A DNA stretch of 64,000 bases from Candidatus Saccharimonadota bacterium (GTDB lineage: Bacteria > Patescibacteriota > Saccharimonadia > CAILAD01 > GCA-016700035). The translations under genes were made by a program, and so were the position numbers. Position 1 is the first letter of the stretch. Every line of letters begins with the position of its first letter. The stretch covers positions 340,790-404,789 of the forward strand of contig JAXLZV010000001.1 of NCBI GenBank assembly GCA_046350755.1. Direction: 5' to 3'. A model generated the notes under the pieces. It was not told the origin of the DNA. It saw nothing but the letters and a program-made list of their open reading frames with translations, and did no database searches. Positions 18,620 through 27,185 of the stretch are shown here, in pieces.

Positions 18620-20047
18620 CTAATTTAAGAGACAGCGAACAGCCAGCCCGCCGCCCCGAGGAGCGCCGCTGCCCGGATTGACTTCTCCAGCATCGAAGCC
18701 CGCGTAGTCTGCGCCGTCGACACCGTCCGAGCTGGCCGAACGAGACCACAAGAAAGCGCCGAGACCCTGGCCGTCGAAGCCCTCGAACCAGTAGCCAGCA
18801 AAAGTACCTTTAAACGGTCCATCGTGTTGCCACTTGGCAATGTTTGCACCACTGTCTGCGTACTGGCCAGTACCACCAAAGGCTATGTCCAGGTTGGAGT
18901 AATCACCAGAAGCGGTGCCTGTCTCTGTTTCTTCGTCATAGCTGAAGCCAACCGTTGGCAAGCGCCATCCGCTCGGGCAGATGGAGTATGGTGCATCACC
19001 ATCAGTTTCAGTATGAGAGGTTCTGGATTCACCAGCGGTCACTGCAGGCCAGTTGTAGAGATAGCCGTAGTTGGTTTCGCCCTCTCCAGTGTCACCGGTG
19101 ACCGGGCCGTAGGCTCCGGGATTGTCAAAGTCAGTAGTGCCGGTGGTGGTGAGTTGTGGCAAGGTAAAGTTACTAGCTACGTCTGAGTCGCTTGGTGTCA
19201 GGGTGAGGGTGCCGGTAGTTGATCCTAGTTTTAGGTTCTCGAGCATCCAGCAGTTGTTGTCGGCTAATTTGGCTACTTGGTAGGTTTGGTTGTCGCCTCT
19301 TGTGTCGGTCAGGGTGATGACAGCTTCTTCATTGGTGCCGTTGTAGATAGGTAGAGCACTACATTGACTGGAGGTGAAGCTTTGGAGAGTAGCTCCTGCT
19401 TCACCCTCTGCTTCATTGTCAGTGACAGCGTAGTTGAGCTTTAGTTCTTTTTGCCCGGGCGTAACACTACCATCTATAGCAAAGGTGAGGGTTACGTCGG
19501 TTGTATCATTGCTTGATGCAGCGTCGGTAGCTTTGAGAGTCAGTGGAGCGTCTCCAGGGTTGAGACTAGTGTCAGTCGTGACATCACCACCCTTGAGTTT
19601 GATGCCAATGCCTGGTTCTGGTTCAGTCAGAGTAGCAGTCAGAGTGTAGCCATCAGTGTTCGCAGTACCGCTTATGAGCGTTGTGGTAGCTGTAGCTGTA
19701 CCACCACCTTGAGGAACGGTTATGTGAATAGTGTTCTGGTCGGTACCGAGGGAGAGAGTGGGAGCGGCAGAGGCAATGGGGAGGTTGGTGGTAGAAAGCA
19801 CAGTAGCAAGGGTAAGCAGGACGAGGATACTGAAGCCCCGAGAGCTCGATTTACGTATGTTGGCTAATTTAAAGTGAGATGAACGACGAGTAGTTTTGTA
19901 CCACAGGAAGAGGCCGGCTGTCAGGAGGATTAGGGCAATCAGGGTTGGCAGGAATAATGATGTACCAGTGTCGGCCAGGTTGCCACCAGCACCAGAGTCG
20001 CCACCAACGATAACGTTAATAGTCTGGGTCACGGTTTGGCTGTCCAT
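18620..20047 (-). CDS. DGR target protein with C-terminal FISUMP/Fib_succ_major (CLec-fold) domain
   Basis: WMLENLK, YGYLYNW, ICPSGWRLPT and LAVRCL motifs; VR at the 3' end; SD AGGAG. Confidence 0.9.
   Translation of the reverse strand: MDSQTVTQTINVIVGGDSGAGGNLADTGTSLFLPTLIALILLTAGLFLWYKTTRRSSHFKLANIRKSSSRGFSILVLLTLATVLSTTNLPIASAAPTLSLGTDQNTIHITVPQGGGTATATTTLISGTANTDGYTLTATLTEPEPGIGIKLKGGDVTTDTSLNPGDAPLTLKATDAASSNDTTDVTLTFAIDGSVTPGQKELKLNYAVTDNEAEGEAGATLQSFTSSQCSALPIYNGTNEEAVITLTDTRGDNQTYQVAKLADNNCWMLENLKLGSTTGTLTLTPSDSDVASNFTLPQLTTTGTTDFDNPGAYGPVTGDTGEGETNYGYLYNWPAVTAGESRTSHTETDGDAPYSICPSGWRLPTVGFSYDEETETGTASGDYSNLDIAFGGTGQYADSGANIAKWQHDGPFKGTFAGYWFEGFDGQGLGAFLWSRSASSDGVDGADYAGFDAGEVNPGSGAPRGGGLAVRCLLN
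18626..18803 (-). repeat. DGR variable repeat (VR)
   Basis: 32 mismatches to TR, 27 of them at TR adenines (manual alignment). Confidence 0.93.
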
Positions 20048-20136
20048 GGTCGGCTCCTTTCTTGTTTAGTTATATTTGTAGCTTTATCTATTGAAATAAA
20101 CTGCTTACGTATATAGTACAGGAGATGGTTTGGAAT

Positions 20137-20868
20137 TCAAATAATATACACCCCTTTCTCTGTCACTCGTATGTTTACACTAGCATAGCTACGATCCAAT
20201 GCTTTCTCAACCAGCCTTCCCACTGTCTTTTCAAGTTTGGCTGACTCACATATGAGCAATACTTCTGGATGCAGCTTCCTAGGCTTGTATTTATGCCATA
20301 CCTCCAGCTCTGCAAAAGTAATGTACTTCCGTACTGTTTTCCGCAGTGTCCAGTAGGTCATATTATCTTCCAAACACTCAAGAAAGTAAGATTTATCTGT
20401 CTCTTTGTCTACTATGTATGCGTCTGGTCTAGTTTTAGGTACGTAGGCTTTGTCCATAAGCTCCGTCTTGCTATAGAACTTAAATCTATTAGGATAGGTA
20501 TGTTTGAGCTGTATATATGCCTTGAAGACATTCAGTCGGTGATTAATTCTGTGATCTTCAGCTCGTTTATCGTGGTAGATGCTTCTAAGTGCCGATTCAT
20601 TGCTGTATGGTTGTGTTCGTAAGAATCGTACGCCTTTGGTTGCTAAGTAATATGTAGCCGGTTTGCCTTTAAGCATGTAGCTACTATTATAGTTCATACC
20701 AATATAGCCTTGATCTACTAATATCTTTAACCTATTGGATATTACTCTAGGGTTAGCCTGTTGGTTCTTGGCAAATAAAGCTATGGTTGTAAATCTAAAC
20801 TTATAGAGTGTGTTAAGGATAGTAATTTGCTGAGGGTTTAATGGTCGTCGGTATTTTGGTTCTCTCAC
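20137..20868 (-). CDS. Replication-relaxation (Replic_Relax) family protein
   Basis: N-terminal wHTH (LYKFRF...RLKILVDQGYI...YYLATKG), HRL, RPDAY and FLE motifs. Confidence 0.75.
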   Translation of the reverse strand: MREPKYRRPLNPQQITILNTLYKFRFTTIALFAKNQQANPRVISNRLKILVDQGYIGMNYNSSYMLKGKPATYYLATKGVRFLRTQPYSNESALRSIYHDKRAEDHRINHRLNVFKAYIQLKHTYPNRFKFYSKTELMDKAYVPKTRPDAYIVDKETDKSYFLECLEDNMTYWTLRKTVRKYITFAELEVWHKYKPRKLHPEVLLICESAKLEKTVGRLVEKALDRSYASVNIRVTEKGVYII

Positions 20869-21025
20869 TACTTCATCTGCTCCTATACGTAGTATAGGTA
20901 ATTATATAACAATAACGCACAGATATAACAGATTAGAAATGATGATATAGGTATCCTAATGGTAAGATATCCACAATTGTAAATATTACTCGGTATATAC
21001 TCTTGAACTAACGCTATATTCTATA

Positions 21026-21054
21026 GTAAACTATAGCTATAATCAATAGTTTAC
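21026..21054 (+). promoter_or_regulatory. Inverted-repeat operator enclosing the -10 box of the recombinase promoter
   Basis: GTAAACTAT-agcTATAATca-ATAGTTTAC. Confidence 0.55.
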
Positions 21055-21063
21055 GAGGGTATC

Positions 21064-21177
21064 ATGACTAATGAAATATCGACTAGTGCAGTAGAAAGGG
21101 ACGAACAGATCGAGCTACTAGCGGATATTTTACTTGAGCTGGTACTTGAGGAGAATCAGGATGATATCAGCTCGTAA
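21064..21177 (+). CDS. 37-aa acidic peptide overlapping the recombinase start
   Basis: MTNEISTSAVERDEQIELLADILLELVLEENQDDISS; GAGGG SD; not in ORF track. Confidence 0.55.
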   Translation: MTNEISTSAVERDEQIELLADILLELVLEENQDDISS

Positions 21178-22870
21178 CCAGAACGCCATTGCCGCTATCC
21201 GGGTCTCTACCACTAAGCAGGGTCGTGACGGTGACTCACCCGAAGCTCAGAAAGAGCAAATCGAACGCTTTGCACACAACAAAGGTATTACGATTAAAAA
21301 GTTCTTTGTCTTTATGGAATCGGCCAGCAAAGAACAACAGCCTATGCAAGAGGCAGTTGATTACTGCAAGGATAAGAAAAATGATATCGGCCTATTCATC
21401 GTTAAGTCAATCGATCGTTTTACCCGCGGTGGCTCAATGTCCTATGATTCGCTTAAAACCCAGCTCGATAGCCACCGTGTGACCCTCATTGATACCTACG
21501 GCGTTATTAGCCAGGAGAAGGTTAACACCCTAGAGCATCTCGGACATAGCTACAGGTGGAGCACCTACTCACCCAGTCGCAAGTCAGAGATGCTGGAAGC
21601 CGAACGATCGAAAGACGAAGTTAGAGATATCTTAAGTCGCGTCATTGGGGCTGAGATACGCTATACCCAAATGGGCTATTGGATGCGTAAACCACCCTAC
21701 GGCTTTATAGGAGAAAAAGTCGAAACTCAGCACGGCAAACGTACCACATTGAAGCCGCATCCTGAAGAAGCGAAGTTTATTGTTAAACTATTTGAATTTA
21801 GAGCCAGTGGACAATTCTCAGATAAAGAAATTGCCAGCAAGCTCAATGACTTGGGTTATCGTGGCCGACCCCAGTACCGACGCTCTAAAGAAAACCGAAA
21901 TCGTGTGATTGGTAAAACCGAAGGCAGTCAGCTTGACCATAAAAAGCTCTGGAAAATGGTACGCAATCCAATCTATGCAGGCGTGAATGTCGAAAAGTGG
22001 ACCAAATACCAGCCAGTGAAATGTATGTTCGATGGTCTGGTGTCAGTTGAGCTGTTCAACCGAGCTAACAAAGGCAAACGAACTATTATTGAAATGCCTG
22101 GAAACAAAATAGCCATCCATGATAGCATCGCTCCACGCAATGCCACAGTACGAGGCACACGCAACAATGACTTTGCCTACAAGCACTATGTCATGTGCCC
22201 TGAATGTAATAAACCTCTGTCAGGTAGCACTTCACGGGGCAAAACCGGCAAATACTACTCATACTACCACTGTGATAAAAGAGGTCACAAATTCAGAGTC
22301 ACAAAAGAAGATCTTGAGACCAAGGTCTATGATTTCATTAATGATTTAGTCTTTTCTAAAGAACGAGTAGATGAAGTCTTTGCGATTGTACGCGAAAAGT
22401 ATGAGCAACATCTAGCCCTCTATGAAGCAAATACATCGGCCATCGAATCACAGATTACTCAGCTTGAAGCTCAAGCCAGAGAGCTCACCAAAAGTTTTAC
22501 CACTATTGCTTCCTCAGCCCAGAAATACGTTAACGAAGAGCTAGAGGGTATCGATCAGCAAATTAAGCACTTAGCACTAGAAAGGACGAACATGGAAACT
22601 AAAAAACCTATGGATATAGACAAGGTTATAGCGAGAGTCAGGAAGTTTTCCGAAAACATCGGACAGGTTATTAATCAACAGAGTAGCGACAGCAAAAAAG
22701 CTCAACTTTTCGGGATCATATTCAAAAAATTACCAACCTACAATGATTTAGCTTTCCGAAACCAAAAATCACCCCATATTAAAGGGGTGAATCCAGTCTT
22801 CCAAGCCCTGCTTGGCGATAATTTTCCTATGGTGACCCCACGGAGAATCGAACTCCGATTACCAGATTGA
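21161..22870 (+). CDS. Large serine recombinase (integrase)
   Basis: IRVSTTKQ, SIDRFTR, PPYGF, RNPIYAG, Zn ribbon CPEC...YYHC and coiled coil; 3' end runs antisense into tRNA-Glu. Confidence 0.93.
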   Translation: MISARNQNAIAAIRVSTTKQGRDGDSPEAQKEQIERFAHNKGITIKKFFVFMESASKEQQPMQEAVDYCKDKKNDIGLFIVKSIDRFTRGGSMSYDSLKTQLDSHRVTLIDTYGVISQEKVNTLEHLGHSYRWSTYSPSRKSEMLEAERSKDEVRDILSRVIGAEIRYTQMGYWMRKPPYGFIGEKVETQHGKRTTLKPHPEEAKFIVKLFEFRASGQFSDKEIASKLNDLGYRGRPQYRRSKENRNRVIGKTEGSQLDHKKLWKMVRNPIYAGVNVEKWTKYQPVKCMFDGLVSVELFNRANKGKRTIIEMPGNKIAIHDSIAPRNATVRGTRNNDFAYKHYVMCPECNKPLSGSTSRGKTGKYYSYYHCDKRGHKFRVTKEDLETKVYDFINDLVFSKERVDEVFAIVREKYEQHLALYEANTSAIESQITQLEAQARELTKSFTTIASSAQKYVNEELEGIDQQIKHLALERTNMETKKPMDIDKVIARVRKFSENIGQVINQQSSDSKKAQLFGIIFKKLPTYNDLAFRNQKSPHIKGVNPVFQALLGDNFPMVTPRRIELRLPD

Positions 22871-22904
22871 AAATCTGGTGTCCTAACCGTTAGACGATGG
22901 GGCC
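22830..22904 (-). tRNA. tRNA-Glu(TTC)
   Basis: GGCCCCATCGTCTAACGGTTAGGAC-ACCAGATTTTCAATCTGGT-...TTCGATT...GGGGTCACCA. Confidence 0.95.
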
Positions 22905-23066
22905 GTCAGACGAAAAAGCCAGCATATCTTACCAGATTATCTGGTCTTCTTCAAGAGAATCGAGAGAATATATTGACTTTATTATGTAATTATGCTATTA
23001 TAATACTTATCTCCAACAGGAGTGCACCCTATTTGACCCCATACCCCAAGCCTCCAGGAGGCCTTC

Positions 23067-23636
23067 ATGTCAAGCAAGCAGCCCAAGAGCGGCCTCCTCA
23101 TCCTGGCAATCTGCCTGGTGATCATCGCCATCATCGTCGCCCTCGTGGCGCTCAATGGTGGCTTCGAGCGAACCGAAGGGTTCACCACCCAGACCGAGGC
23201 ATCGGATGCCGTCAACCAACCGGCTGACACATCCGTCTCGGACAGCATCAACTTCGGCGACTTCACGGCCGCCGAACTGAGTGGTGGTGTCGATCTCGAT
23301 GAGACGTCCTGCGCGGTGAGAGTGGTCATCACCAATCCCACCGACAGCGATGCCCTCATCGCCATCGCCCTCGACTTCGATTCCACGGCTACCACCGAGG
23401 AGACGGTCGTTCCGGCTCAGACCCGCTGGGAAGTCACCTTCATCCGTGAAGCTCCCATCGTGGCGCTGAACCTCACCGAAACCACCGGCCTGTCGGACGT
23501 GAACCTCAACTTCGCGCCTGACTACAGCCGCTGCAACGGCGAGCCTGCCACCAACGCTGGTGGCGGTTTCGGCGACGAGCAAAACGTCGAACGTCTCGAC
23601 AAGACCACCCCGTCCACCACGGCCGCCGTGGTCTAA
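23067..23636 (+). CDS. GC-rich membrane-anchored acidic protein
   Basis: N-terminal TM; SD AGGAGG; TTGACT/TATAAT-like promoter upstream; GC-rich third positions. Confidence 0.7.
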   Translation: MSSKQPKSGLLILAICLVIIAIIVALVALNGGFERTEGFTTQTEASDAVNQPADTSVSDSINFGDFTAAELSGGVDLDETSCAVRVVITNPTDSDALIAIALDFDSTATTEETVVPAQTRWEVTFIREAPIVALNLTETTGLSDVNLNFAPDYSRCNGEPATNAGGGFGDEQNVERLDKTTPSTTAAVV

Positions 23637-23741
23637 GCTCTGGCTTTGGGTTACTGGGGAACCCAGAGTCAACCCCCGTAGGGCAGCGAAAAGCGCACCT
23701 CGCGCAATTCCTGCCCTGCGGGGTCTTCTTTTTATAAAAGC

Positions 23742-25004
23742 CTAATCGAGTCCACCAGCCTGAATAATCTTGGCATATTCACGAGCACTTGGCCGAACGG
23801 TGCGTTTCATCGTCGTGCGATCGACCTCAACCAGCCCGAACTTTGGCCAATAACCCTTATCCCACTCAAAATTATCAAGCAGCGACCAGTAAACAAATCC
23901 CCGGACTTCAACTCCCTCAGTCATCGCCCGATGCACATTCCGCAGAACCTCTTTGATATACCAGGCACGACTTTCATCCTGCGCATCAGCTAAACCACAC
24001 TCCGTAATGATCAATGGCTGAGTGTAGCGATGCCCCATGGCTTTGAGCAAGGCATACATTCCTTCCGGGTGCAGTCCCCAGCCCATATCCGATGGATTCT
24101 GCTGATCAATATCCCACTTCAGACCCCGTAAATTGTATTTGAAGTAATAATTCAGCCCGATGTAATCTTGGTGTTTTTTTATTTGATCTAAGAAGTAATA
24201 GTTCCCAAACCAGTTCCACAAACGGGCAATGGCTGGCGTCACAAACTTGCCTTGCGATGTGTACCAAATCATGTTCTTCGAAATGCCGACTTTGGCCTGC
24301 GGATACAGCTCCTTGATGATCTTATAGGCCTTGATGTGCGCCCGAGGCAGAATCGACGCGTAGGCACCAATCGCCGTAAACATATTGCGCTGTTGCGGTG
24401 GCCATAAACCAATCCAATACGACATCGTTGCAAAGACTTCAGGCTCGTTGATCGTGCACCACCAATCAACATCTTCACCGAGGTATTCAACCACCCGACG
24501 CACATATTTTCCAAAATCTGAGATAGTTTTTGGATTCTGAAAGCCCATCTGCTCCTCTACCCAAAGCGGCAATGCAAAATGCCAAAGGGTTACCATCGGC
24601 TCGATACCGCGTCGTCGTAAGCTCTGGATCATCTTCCGGTAGTGCTCGAGAGCGACCATATCAAACTCACCGCGCTTGGGCTCGATACGGCTCCATTCGA
24701 TGGAAAAACGATAGGTATTCAGCCGCAGATCTTGGGCGATATCAAAGTCCTTCTCATAGCGATGATAATGATCGATCCCTCGCCCCGAGATGTAGTTCTC
24801 CGGCGAAACCGCTTCGTGCTTGATGCGATACCAGTGGACTGATGGCGTATCAAAGGCTTTTGCCGCGCCACGGGCCAAGCGACTGGCGTGCACCCGCTCC
24901 CACTCGGTCCAATTGTTCCGCAAACCACCCTCAACTTGATGCGCACTGGTGGCCGCGCCCCAGAGAAAACTTTTTGGGAAACGTAAGAGCGGTGAATCTG
25001 CCAT
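23742..25004 (-). CDS. Glycoside hydrolase family 1 (beta-glucosidase-like)
   Basis: FLWGAATSAHQVEG, RFSIEWSRI, TINEP, IITECG and WSLLDNFEW motifs. Confidence 0.93.
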   Translation of the reverse strand: MADSPLLRFPKSFLWGAATSAHQVEGGLRNNWTEWERVHASRLARGAAKAFDTPSVHWYRIKHEAVSPENYISGRGIDHYHRYEKDFDIAQDLRLNTYRFSIEWSRIEPKRGEFDMVALEHYRKMIQSLRRRGIEPMVTLWHFALPLWVEEQMGFQNPKTISDFGKYVRRVVEYLGEDVDWWCTINEPEVFATMSYWIGLWPPQQRNMFTAIGAYASILPRAHIKAYKIIKELYPQAKVGISKNMIWYTSQGKFVTPAIARLWNWFGNYYFLDQIKKHQDYIGLNYYFKYNLRGLKWDIDQQNPSDMGWGLHPEGMYALLKAMGHRYTQPLIITECGLADAQDESRAWYIKEVLRNVHRAMTEGVEVRGFVYWSLLDNFEWDKGYWPKFGLVEVDRTTMKRTVRPSAREYAKIIQAGGLD

Positions 25005-25119
25005 AAGCTTCATTATAGCGGAGGCTTGCTCATGGTGAGTCGAATTCGCTACCATAGAATCAGAACCTTAACCCAGGGCCCCGAATTTGGAGGTGAGAGT
25101 ATTGTCGCTCAGCCAAACA

Positions 25120-25491
25120 ATGCCAGGCACGAAGTATCACTCAGCACGGAGAGTCAAGTACGTCTTGATGCAGCTCCTCGGGCTCGATCTGAATATCCAC
25201 CACACCCAATACCCCAAGCGCCACTTCCGCAGCAGTCGAACAGCGCTTGATTACCGCAATCTGCACTGTCTGCAAATTCTCACTCCGATCAATGACCACA
25301 GAGAGCTACATTCCTCTACACCACCACCGGAATTCCCATCGCGCGATGTAATGCTCGACCAAATCGATCGCTGCAGAAATAATGGCTGCAGCAAGGAAGG
25401 CTGCACTCAGCCCATCAAGCTTGCTCTGCGCGAAGTTCCTGTCGGCATCCAGCTCCCCAATGAAGTCGTCGTCATCGGTAGCCTGACTTAA
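25120..25491 (+). CDS. Hypothetical protein
   Basis: Open frame followed by terminator CCCCGACA...TGTCGGGG-TTTTT; start uncertain. Confidence 0.45.
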   Translation: MPGTKYHSARRVKYVLMQLLGLDLNIHHTQYPKRHFRSSRTALDYRNLHCLQILTPINDHRELHSSTPPPEFPSRDVMLDQIDRCRNNGCSKEGCTQPIKLALREVPVGIQLPNEVVVIGSLT

Positions 25492-25589
25492 TTCGTCACA
25501 CTCCCCGACAGTGTTGTCGGGGTTTTTCTTGGCGATTCGACGAGCTATCGAGACCGAACCATACCGCCTATGCTATAATTTTCATTAAG

Positions 25590-27134
25590 ATGCAGATTGC
25601 CTCGATCAAAGCCTACCAGGTGCTCGACTCGAGGGGGGAGCCGACAATCCGTGTCCGTATGGAGTCTGCCACCGGCAACCATGCGCGCTTTGATGCGCCC
25701 AGTTCTCTGTCAGTGGGAGCGCATGAAGCCAAGGAGCGTCGTGATAATACGGCGAGCTACGGCGGTAATGGCGTCTCGGGTAATATCAGCACAATCACCA
25801 ATATTATCGCGCCAAAGTTTATCGGCTACCCACTCGGACATCAAGCCGACTTTGATGCCCTGATCACCGCCCTGGATGGCACGCCTGACAAATCTAATCT
25901 TGGTAGCAACACTCTCACTGCCGTCAGTGGCGCCTATTTCTTGCTCTCCTGCTATGAGCGCCAGCGTGAAGTCTGGCAGGTTACGGCCGATCTCTTAGGC
26001 ACCAAGCCTGATATGCCACGCGTCTATGCCAATCTGGTTTCTGGTGGCTCACACGCTCCCGGTCTCGACGTCCAGGAATTCATGATCGTACCTCGCACGA
26101 ATGATATCAGCGCTTCGCTTGAGCTGATATACGGCATTCACCATACCGCGCGCCAGATTTTCCGAACGCTCTATGGACCGAGTGTCGATCTCGTTTCCGA
26201 AGAAGGAGCAATGGCGCCCGTTGGTATCAGCACGGAGACCGTGCTTGAGGCTTTTGAGCAGCTGGCGCGCCGCACGAATCAAGCCTACCAGATTGCTCTC
26301 GACATGGCGGCCTACAATCTTTTCAAGAATGGAGCCTACACGCTCGCCGGCCAACAGCTGTCGATGCAGCAGCTCGGTGCGACCTATATGCAGTGGGATC
26401 AACGCTTCCCGCTACTTTCGATCGAAGATCCCTTTGCCGAGAGTGATATCGACGGCCTGAAATATCTTCTCACTCAGCCGAGTCGTAAGTTTATGGCGGT
26501 TGGTGATGCGGTAACCGCCACCTCAGCTACCCGTATTCAAGAGCTTGGTAGCCAACGTCTGCTGGGTGCAGCTGTTATTAAGCCCGATCAGGCAGGGACG
26601 ATTACCGAGATGTTCGATGCCATGCGTTCTGCTCTCCAGTCGGGCATCAAGCTGATCGTTGCCCATCGATCTGGTGAAACGAATGACACTTATCTAGCTG
26701 ACATTGCCTATGGGTGTGGTGCTTTCGGTATTAAGGCGGGCGCGCCAGTCCGTGGCGAACGAGTCGCGAAGTATAACCGCTTAATCGAGATCGCGTCAGA
26801 TAACGCCATTGCCAGCAATATCCAGGCAGCAAGCATCGGCGCGCCAGCCGGTCTGCCCATTCCGCCGCGACCGATTATCGCTCCACCAGCCGGTATTGGC
26901 GTCGTCAATGCTCCAGGGCCACAAAACTACTCACCCTCCCCCACTCAGACCTACCCAGCCCAGCCAGTTCCCCCCAGTGCTCAATCCTACCACGCTCCCA
27001 TAGCTGCTAGTGCCCCCATCCCCGTGCCTCCATCACGAGTGATCCGTAGCCAGCCATACATTCAACAAATGAACGAGCCTGAAGAGCAAGGCTCAGCCAT
27101 GGGCCTAGCTCCAAGCCAAGATATCCCAATCTAG
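25590..27134 (+). CDS. eno: Divergent enolase with Pro-rich C-terminal extension
   Basis: DSRGEPT, QEFMI, SIEDP, HRSGET and ERVAKYNRL motifs. Confidence 0.8.
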   Translation: MQIASIKAYQVLDSRGEPTIRVRMESATGNHARFDAPSSLSVGAHEAKERRDNTASYGGNGVSGNISTITNIIAPKFIGYPLGHQADFDALITALDGTPDKSNLGSNTLTAVSGAYFLLSCYERQREVWQVTADLLGTKPDMPRVYANLVSGGSHAPGLDVQEFMIVPRTNDISASLELIYGIHHTARQIFRTLYGPSVDLVSEEGAMAPVGISTETVLEAFEQLARRTNQAYQIALDMAAYNLFKNGAYTLAGQQLSMQQLGATYMQWDQRFPLLSIEDPFAESDIDGLKYLLTQPSRKFMAVGDAVTATSATRIQELGSQRLLGAAVIKPDQAGTITEMFDAMRSALQSGIKLIVAHRSGETNDTYLADIAYGCGAFGIKAGAPVRGERVAKYNRLIEIASDNAIASNIQAASIGAPAGLPIPPRPIIAPPAGIGVVNAPGPQNYSPSPTQTYPAQPVPPSAQSYHAPIAASAPIPVPPSRVIRSQPYIQQMNEPEEQGSAMGLAPSQDIPI

Positions 27135-27147
27135 CTTATAAGTACTA

Positions 27148-27174
27148 AAAAACGCCTCAAATGAGGCGTTTTTT
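27148..27174. terminator. Bidirectional terminator
   Basis: AAAAACGCCTCA-aa-TGAGGCGTTTTTT between convergent eno and pgk. Confidence 0.8.
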
Positions 27175-27185
27175 AACGTGTGGGC

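Larger units (their letters stand above)
11703..22835. mobile_element. Integrative, probably mobilizable element at tRNA-Glu carrying a DGR
   Basis: Direct-repeat core TATGGTGA at 11703-11710 and 22828-22835 (tRNA 3' end); serine recombinase, Replic_Relax-like gene, VirD4-like ATPase, TA pairs; visibly AT-richer than flanks. Confidence 0.85.

Noticed and set aside
11703-22835. Prophage
   Set aside because: No capsid, terminase, portal, tail or lysis genes.
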